A stretch of DNA of 64,000 nucleotides from Candidatus Gottesmanbacteria bacterium. Its GTDB lineage: Bacteria; Patescibacteriota; Microgenomatia; UBA10105; UBA927. The stretch is from assembly GCA_023245335.1 (NCBI GenBank), contig JAHFKK010000001.1:619282-683281 (forward strand). The letters run 5' to 3'. Each line of letters begins with the position of its first letter. Positions within the stretch are counted from its first letter, which is position 1. Below, piece after piece: positions 58,891 to 64,000 of this stretch. The translations under genes and the position numbers were made by a program. The notes under the pieces are model-generated. The model ran no database searches, was not told the DNA's origin, and saw only the letters and a list, made by a program, of their open reading frames with translations.

Positions 58891-59886
58891 ATGAAGATTT
58901 TGGTGACGGGTGGCGCAGGCTACATCGGCAGCCACATGACCCGCATGCTTGTGTCACGAGGATACGATGTCGTTGTCCTTGATACCATGGAGTTCGGTCA
59001 CAAGGAAGCCCTGCCGGATAAAGCTACACTTGTCGTCGGAAATGTAGCTGATGAGAACGTCGTCCGGAAGCTATTTTCAGACCATACTATAGACGGCGTC
59101 CTGCATTTTGCTGGCTACATCTCCGTCGAGGAATCCGTGAAAGACCCTATCAAATACATGAAAAATAATACGATAGGTCCGGTCAACCTTCTCGAGTGTA
59201 TGCGGGGAGCCGGTGTCAAATATATTATTTTTTCTTCTACCGCAGCTGTGTACGGCAATCCTATGACGGTGCCTATCCCGGAGGATCACCGTAAAGAACC
59301 TATCTCGCCGTATGGCCTGTCCAAATGGGTATTTGAGGAGCTTTTGCGGGTTTATGACCGTTCATATGGCTTACGAAGCATCGCATTTCGGTACTTTAAT
59401 GCGGCAGGCGCGAGCTTAGACGCTTTGCATGGAGAATTGCACCGGCCGGAAACCCACCTCATACCTCTGGCGTGCGCTGCAGCCTTGGGGATGAGAGACG
59501 GATTTTCGGTATATGGCACGGATTATGATACCCCGGACGGGTCAGCACTTCGGGACTATATCCATGTTGAAGATTTATGTGCAGCTCATATTCTCGGTCT
59601 GGAAGCATTGGGAAACGGTCACGAAACTCAGGTTTATAATGTGGGAACAGGAGTCGGCATCAGCGTAAAAGAGGTTATTAGAGCCGTCCGAAAGATATCG
59701 GGGCGCGATTTTTCCATAAAGGAGTCCGGCAGAAGGTCCGGAGACGCGTCGGTTCTCGTGTCTGATCCCGCTCGAATTATGAAGGAGTTTGGATGGAAGC
59801 CGAAATACTCCGATATTGATGCTGTCGTAAAAACCGCACTTGCCTGGCACACGTCACATCCCGAAGGCTATGAGAATCGCCATTGA
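58891..59886 (+). CDS. galE: UDP-glucose 4-epimerase
   Basis: Start revised to MKILVTGGAGYIG. Motifs HFAG, FSSTAAVYG, SPYGLSK, RYFNAAGA, ETHLIP, YDTPDGSALRDYIHV. Confidence 0.92.
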   Translation: MKILVTGGAGYIGSHMTRMLVSRGYDVVVLDTMEFGHKEALPDKATLVVGNVADENVVRKLFSDHTIDGVLHFAGYISVEESVKDPIKYMKNNTIGPVNLLECMRGAGVKYIIFSSTAAVYGNPMTVPIPEDHRKEPISPYGLSKWVFEELLRVYDRSYGLRSIAFRYFNAAGASLDALHGELHRPETHLIPLACAAALGMRDGFSVYGTDYDTPDGSALRDYIHVEDLCAAHILGLEALGNGHETQVYNVGTGVGISVKEVIRAVRKISGRDFSIKESGRRSGDASVLVSDPARIMKEFGWKPKYSDIDAVVKTALAWHTSHPEGYENRH

Positions 59887-60454
59887 TATCAGTCAAATCG
59901 TCTACGAAGGAACCGGTGTGTCTCGGTACGTCCGCAATCTCGTCTTCTCACTGCTTCGGCATGATACGAAGAACGAGTATGTTCTTTTTGGGGCTTCATT
60001 ACGGAAGCGTGAGGTGTTTCTTGCTTTCGCGTCTTCTTTGAAGCAGTATGGCTCGCGTGTCCGGCTGGTTGCTGTACCCATCCCACCTACACTTATGGAC
60101 CTCATGTGGAATGTGTGGCACGTAATACCTGCAGAATGGTTTGTCGGACCGGTTGATGTTTTTTGGTCAAGCGACTGGACACAGCCTCCTCTAGCGATTG
60201 CTCATGGCATCACGACGGTTCATGATTTGAGCCCGTATTATTTCCCGAAGGAATCGCATGACAGAACGGAATTGGATGTATCCCGCGCACACATATCGCC
60301 GAATATTGTAGGAGTGCAGGCACGGCGTTTGGCATATGTGGCCAAGGAGTGCGGCATGATATTTTGTGATTCTGAGGCGACGAAAACGGATTTCATGAAG
60401 CTCTTTCAGGTTCCAGACAGCCGGTTAGTGGTAGTCTACCCGGGATTTACATAA
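59870..60454 (+). CDS. Stand-alone GT4 N-terminal (acceptor-binding) domain
   Basis: MRIAIDIS..GTGVSRY, TTVHDL and DSEATKTD motifs; ends at VVYPGFT* with no C-terminal Rossmann domain (194 aa). Confidence 0.8.
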   Translation: MRIAIDISQIVYEGTGVSRYVRNLVFSLLRHDTKNEYVLFGASLRKREVFLAFASSLKQYGSRVRLVAVPIPPTLMDLMWNVWHVIPAEWFVGPVDVFWSSDWTQPPLAIAHGITTVHDLSPYYFPKESHDRTELDVSRAHISPNIVGVQARRLAYVAKECGMIFCDSEATKTDFMKLFQVPDSRLVVVYPGFT

Positions 60455-60457
60455 TCT

Positions 60458-61588
60458 ATGATTTTAGCAATAGACGGTTATGAAGCAAATGCGGCCAATC
60501 GCGTCGGAGTCGGCAGGTATTCCCTGGAACTTCTGACGCATATGCACGCGCGTATAGGAAACGGCGCTTCCCCTCTTAGCGCTGTGCGTGTGTACCTTCC
60601 GGATCGCCCGGCTAGCCATATGCCCAAAAGCGCAGATTACTGGAAATATTCTGTCCGTTCGCCGAAAACACTGTGGACGTTTTGGGCTTTCCCGATGGCT
60701 TTGCGCAGAGACAGACCACCGGCTGATGTCGTTTTTTCACCGACCCATTACCTGCCCCGCTTTGTCGCCGTCCCCAAAGTAATGGCAATTATGGACGTTT
60801 CGTATCTTAAGTATCCGGAACTGTTTCGGCCTCAAGATCTCCACAAACTTGTGCATTGGACGGCATATTCCGTCCGTCATGCTGCTGCGATCATCACGAT
60901 CAGCGAATTCAGCAAAAATGCTATAATAGAAGCCTACAATGTGCCGGACAGTCGGATCACCGTTGCCTATCCGGCTTTATCGGACTCGGTAGGGGAAAAA
61001 AGAAATATGCTGAAAACCGCGTCGCATCCAAAAGTACCAAAACGATATATTCTTTCCGTCGGGACACTCCAACCCCGCAAAAATTTCTCACGTCTCATCG
61101 AAGCATTCTCGCGTCTGTCTGACCACGAAATCGCACTGGTGATCGTCGGGAAAAAAGGATGGATGTACGAGGATATCCTGTCTGCTCCTGCACGCTTTGG
61201 TGTCAGTGACCGGGTGCATTTTTTGGATTTTGTCGCCGACTCCGATCTGCCGTCACTCTACCGCAACGCTCAGCTTTTTGCGCTTCCGAGCCTCTACGAG
61301 GGATTCGGGCTGCCGGTTCTTGAAGCGATGGTACATGGCGTACCCGTCGTAGTAAGTAATACCTCAAGCTTACCCGAAATCGCAGGTAAGGCAGGTATGT
61401 ACGTAGATCCTTCCGATACGGCAAGCATCGTCGAGGGTATGAGTCAGGCTATCCGGGAAAAAGGGACGGATGAGGAAAAATCTCGGATCGCTCTCGGCAA
61501 AAAGCTCGCAAAGCGTTTTACCTGGGACCGTTCGGCAGAAGTGGTACTCGACGTCCTTGCCCGTGTAGCAAAGGAGAGCAGACCATGA
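60458..61588 (+). CDS. GT4 family 1 glycosyltransferase
   Basis: GVGRY, IMDVSY, ISEFSK, VGTLQPRKN and PSLYEGFGLPVLEAM motifs. Confidence 0.92.
   Translation: MILAIDGYEANAANRVGVGRYSLELLTHMHARIGNGASPLSAVRVYLPDRPASHMPKSADYWKYSVRSPKTLWTFWAFPMALRRDRPPADVVFSPTHYLPRFVAVPKVMAIMDVSYLKYPELFRPQDLHKLVHWTAYSVRHAAAIITISEFSKNAIIEAYNVPDSRITVAYPALSDSVGEKRNMLKTASHPKVPKRYILSVGTLQPRKNFSRLIEAFSRLSDHEIALVIVGKKGWMYEDILSAPARFGVSDRVHFLDFVADSDLPSLYRNAQLFALPSLYEGFGLPVLEAMVHGVPVVVSNTSSLPEIAGKAGMYVDPSDTASIVEGMSQAIREKGTDEEKSRIALGKKLAKRFTWDRSAEVVLDVLARVAKESRP
60919..60927 (+). promoter_or_regulatory. Candidate internal extended -10 (TGcTATAAT) upstream of in-frame ATG 61007
   Basis: Perfect consensus inside the GT4 gene; AGGGG at 60991-60995. 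It may be a codon coincidence (NAII). Confidence 0.35.
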
Positions 61589-62184
61589 GGATACTCATCG
61601 ATTTTTGGGTCTATTTGGCGACTCTCGTGGGATACATACCCAGCCATACCATACGCCTATTCTTCTACCGGTATCTTTTTGGTGTGCGTATAGGCGCCGA
61701 TTCTTCGATCCATTGGCGTGCCGAGTTTAACAATCCGGCGGGAATCGCGATCGGTCACAATACTATCATCGGCAATGACGCGTTTTTGGACGGACGGTAC
61801 AAGCGTACAAACGTCAAAGGGGCGGGAATAGCCACAAGTTACTTCAAACAATTGTTTGGAAAAGGAGTTCGTCCTCTCACGATCGGTAATAACGTATCGA
61901 TCGCCGGGGAAGTGCGGATATACACGATGGAGCACGATATAGATAGCCCGGACTTTTCGGAAACCGGTGCTCCCGTGACCATCGAGGATTATGCGGTCAT
62001 AGGCACCAGGGTCACGATACTCCCGGGGGTGACCGTGGGTCGTGGAGCGGTGGTTGCGTCAGGCGCGGTCGTCACAAAAGACGTTCCTTCGTTTACTGTC
62101 GTCGGAGGGGTCCCTGCACAATTTATCAAAAACCGCAATAAAGATGTACACTATACGCTCAAGTTCGCCCGGCTCTTCCAATAA
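61585..62184 (+). CDS. Hexapeptide-repeat (LbH) sugar O-acyltransferase
   Basis: IGHNTIIG, IGNNVSIA, VTIEDYAVIG, GAVVASGAVVTKDV and GGVPA motifs. Confidence 0.9.
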   Translation: MRILIDFWVYLATLVGYIPSHTIRLFFYRYLFGVRIGADSSIHWRAEFNNPAGIAIGHNTIIGNDAFLDGRYKRTNVKGAGIATSYFKQLFGKGVRPLTIGNNVSIAGEVRIYTMEHDIDSPDFSETGAPVTIEDYAVIGTRVTILPGVTVGRGAVVASGAVVTKDVPSFTVVGGVPAQFIKNRNKDVHYTLKFARLFQ

Positions 62185-62209
62185 GGTGCGGTATTCATAC
62201 CATTAAGTC

Positions 62210-63076
62210 ATGGACCTATCCGTTATTATCATTAGTTTCAATACCAAAAAGCTTACAGAGGATTGTTTGACGTCGACCATAAAGAGTCTCAAACAAGCCA
62301 AACTGACGTGGGAGATTATTGTCGTCGACAACGTATCTACAGACGGAACGCGGGAGATGCTCAAGAAGAAATTTCCCGAAGTCCGGACGATCCTCAATCA
62401 GGAAAATGTCGGTTTTGGCAGGGGAAATAACCAGGGGATCAAGGCGGCCAAAGGAGAATATATCCTCCTTCTCAACTCCGATACGGTCGTCCTCAATACG
62501 GCGATAGGGAAGCTTCTTTCGTTTGCCAAGCAGCATCCGAATGCGTTTGTCGGGCCGAAACTTTTGAACCTCGACCGCAGCCCCCAAACGTCCTGCGGAC
62601 CGTTTTTTTCGCTGCCGGTCGTTTTTATAGCGCTGTTTCTGAAAGGTGACCGGTTGGGCATCACCCGTTGGTCTCCCAATCATGTACGCAAAGTGGATTG
62701 GGTTTCGGGAGCCTGCATACTCGCGGCCAAACGGCTATTTATGAACGATCTATTGTTTGATGAGAAAATATTTATGTATATGGAAGAAATAGATCTTTTG
62801 TATCGGGCGAAAAAGAAAGGATATGCCACCTACTTTTACCCCAGGAGCCTTATCGTACACGTAGGGAGCGGCAGCTCGACGGATAAGCGAAAAGGACCGG
62901 TATTGAACATATACCGCGGATATGTGTATGTATACACAAAGCATTATTCCGGGCTCTCGCTGTCGATACTTCGTGGTATGCTAAAAACGAAAGCTATGAT
63001 TTCGTGGCTTATAGGAGTACTCACGGGGAGCGCGTATCTTAAAGAAACTTATGCAGAAGCTTATCAATTGGTGTAA
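62210..63076 (+). CDS. GT2 glycosyltransferase (WbbL-like rhamnosyltransferase)
   Basis: IISFNT, VDNVSTD, NVGFGRGNN, LLNSD, VDWVSGAC and FMYMEEID motifs. Confidence 0.88.
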   Translation: MDLSVIIISFNTKKLTEDCLTSTIKSLKQAKLTWEIIVVDNVSTDGTREMLKKKFPEVRTILNQENVGFGRGNNQGIKAAKGEYILLLNSDTVVLNTAIGKLLSFAKQHPNAFVGPKLLNLDRSPQTSCGPFFSLPVVFIALFLKGDRLGITRWSPNHVRKVDWVSGACILAAKRLFMNDLLFDEKIFMYMEEIDLLYRAKKKGYATYFYPRSLIVHVGSGSSTDKRKGPVLNIYRGYVYVYTKHYSGLSLSILRGMLKTKAMISWLIGVLTGSAYLKETYAEAYQLV

Positions 63077-64000
63077 GGACCATTGGTTGTTTTTGGCAAC
63101 CTGTTTTTTGTTGGCGTTTATCCCGCTTTATCCGAAGCTGCCGCTTATAAATGTCATCCGGACGTGGGTATACGTACGATTGGAAGATTTTTTCATCGGT
63201 GTCACCATAGTGGGATTTCTCATATACCTCGTCCGTCGGAGAGAGATCCCGAATACGCCCCTCACCACGCCCATAGTGGTCTATTGGGTCGTCGGATTTA
63301 TATCCATGGTCTGGGCTATTATTTTTTTGCGGAATGTCATCCCAGGATTTTTTCCTCACCTGGCGATCCTTCACTTCGGGAGACGGATCGAATACATGGG
63401 CTTATTTTTCATCGGTTTCTATGCCATACGGAAACGCACGAAATTATTGCCGGCAGTGGTATGGACGCTCGCTCTGACCCTTATCGGCATCATTATCTAT
63501 GGAGTAGGACAGAAGTTTTTGGGATGGCCCGCGTACCTTACCATGAATGAGGAATTCGCCAAGGGCGTGCCGCTTCGCCTTCCTCCCACCGCGAGAATCG
63601 CTTCGACTTTTGGCGGCCATTATGACCTCGCGGCGTATCTTGTTTTTATCGTGCCGCTTTTCGGGAGTCTCGCGTTTGGAATGAAAAAAATATGGCAACG
63701 GCTCCTTATGATCCTTCTTGCTGCCGGAGGCTTAGTCATGCTTCTTTTTACGGCATCCCGGATATCGTTTGGCGTTTACCTTGTCGCGATTACGACCATG
63801 CTCATATGGAAACGGAAATACTGGTATATTCTTCCGGTTATTGTCGTGAGTTTCCTGCTTCTCAATTCCGTTTCCACCGCATCGGACCGGTTCTATAAGA
63901 CGCTTAGGTTTTCGGACGTCGTTATAGACCTTTCGACAGGACAGCCGATAGGCACGCTGGATCAGTTGGAAAACGGCAAAGCCATAGTCAACAAAAAAGA
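63051..64000 (+). CDS. O-antigen-ligase-like membrane protein (partial, runs off the window)
   Basis: Missing from the ORF track. It reads MQKLINWCKDHWLFLATCFLLAFIPLYPKLPL..VRLEDF...RRIEY...STFGGHYDLAAYL...TASRISF. Confidence 0.8.
   Translation, partial: MQKLINWCKDHWLFLATCFLLAFIPLYPKLPLINVIRTWVYVRLEDFFIGVTIVGFLIYLVRRREIPNTPLTTPIVVYWVVGFISMVWAIIFLRNVIPGFFPHLAILHFGRRIEYMGLFFIGFYAIRKRTKLLPAVVWTLALTLIGIIIYGVGQKFLGWPAYLTMNEEFAKGVPLRLPPTARIASTFGGHYDLAAYLVFIVPLFGSLAFGMKKIWQRLLMILLAAGGLVMLLFTASRISFGVYLVAITTMLIWKRKYWYILPVIVVSFLLLNSVSTASDRFYKTLRFSDVVIDLSTGQPIGTLDQLENGKAIVNKK

Noticed and set aside
1-64000. CRISPR arrays, tRNA/rRNA, transposases, phage or defence genes
   Set aside because: No repeat-spacer periodicity or such motifs were seen. 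Glycan-related genes cover nearly all the sequence.

Overview
The window is almost entirely one cell-surface glycan biosynthesis and decoration locus of about 54 genes, running off both ends. It encodes about 19 GT-C-fold membrane glycosyltransferase candidates (5 ArnT/PMT-like 'DEA' paralogs, 2 'DQG' paralogs, 3 YfhO-like, 3 PTPS-related including one partial, 2 AftD/DUF3367-like, plus PIG-V-like, GT87-like and PMT-like singletons) and a partial O-antigen-ligase-like gene. It also encodes 10 GT2 (3 of them polyprenol-P-sugar synthase-like), 6 full-length GT4 and one orphan GT4 N-terminal half, 2 Wzx-type flippases, 7 nucleotide-sugar SDR enzymes (including Fcl, UXS, GalE and two CDP-tyvelose-epimerase-like), 4 SAM methyltransferases and an LbH O-acyltransferase. 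All genes are on + except one minus-strand block (14146-21823). A visibly AT-rich cassette spans about 43.7-57.7 kb. Gene content suggests a Patescibacteria/Microgenomates-like host, which is an inference. The most notable signals are: the scale of the GT-C expansion; a possible split GT4 (orphan N-domain plus an internal promoter and start at the neighbour's domain linker); a hidden frameshifted gene with its own -10 box; divergent genes sharing overlapping start codons; frequent leaderless-type -10 boxes; and a pair of small membrane proteins sharing a 'TAE' motif. I found no RNA genes, CRISPR arrays or mobile-element genes. All product calls come from motif recognition by eye, not database searches.
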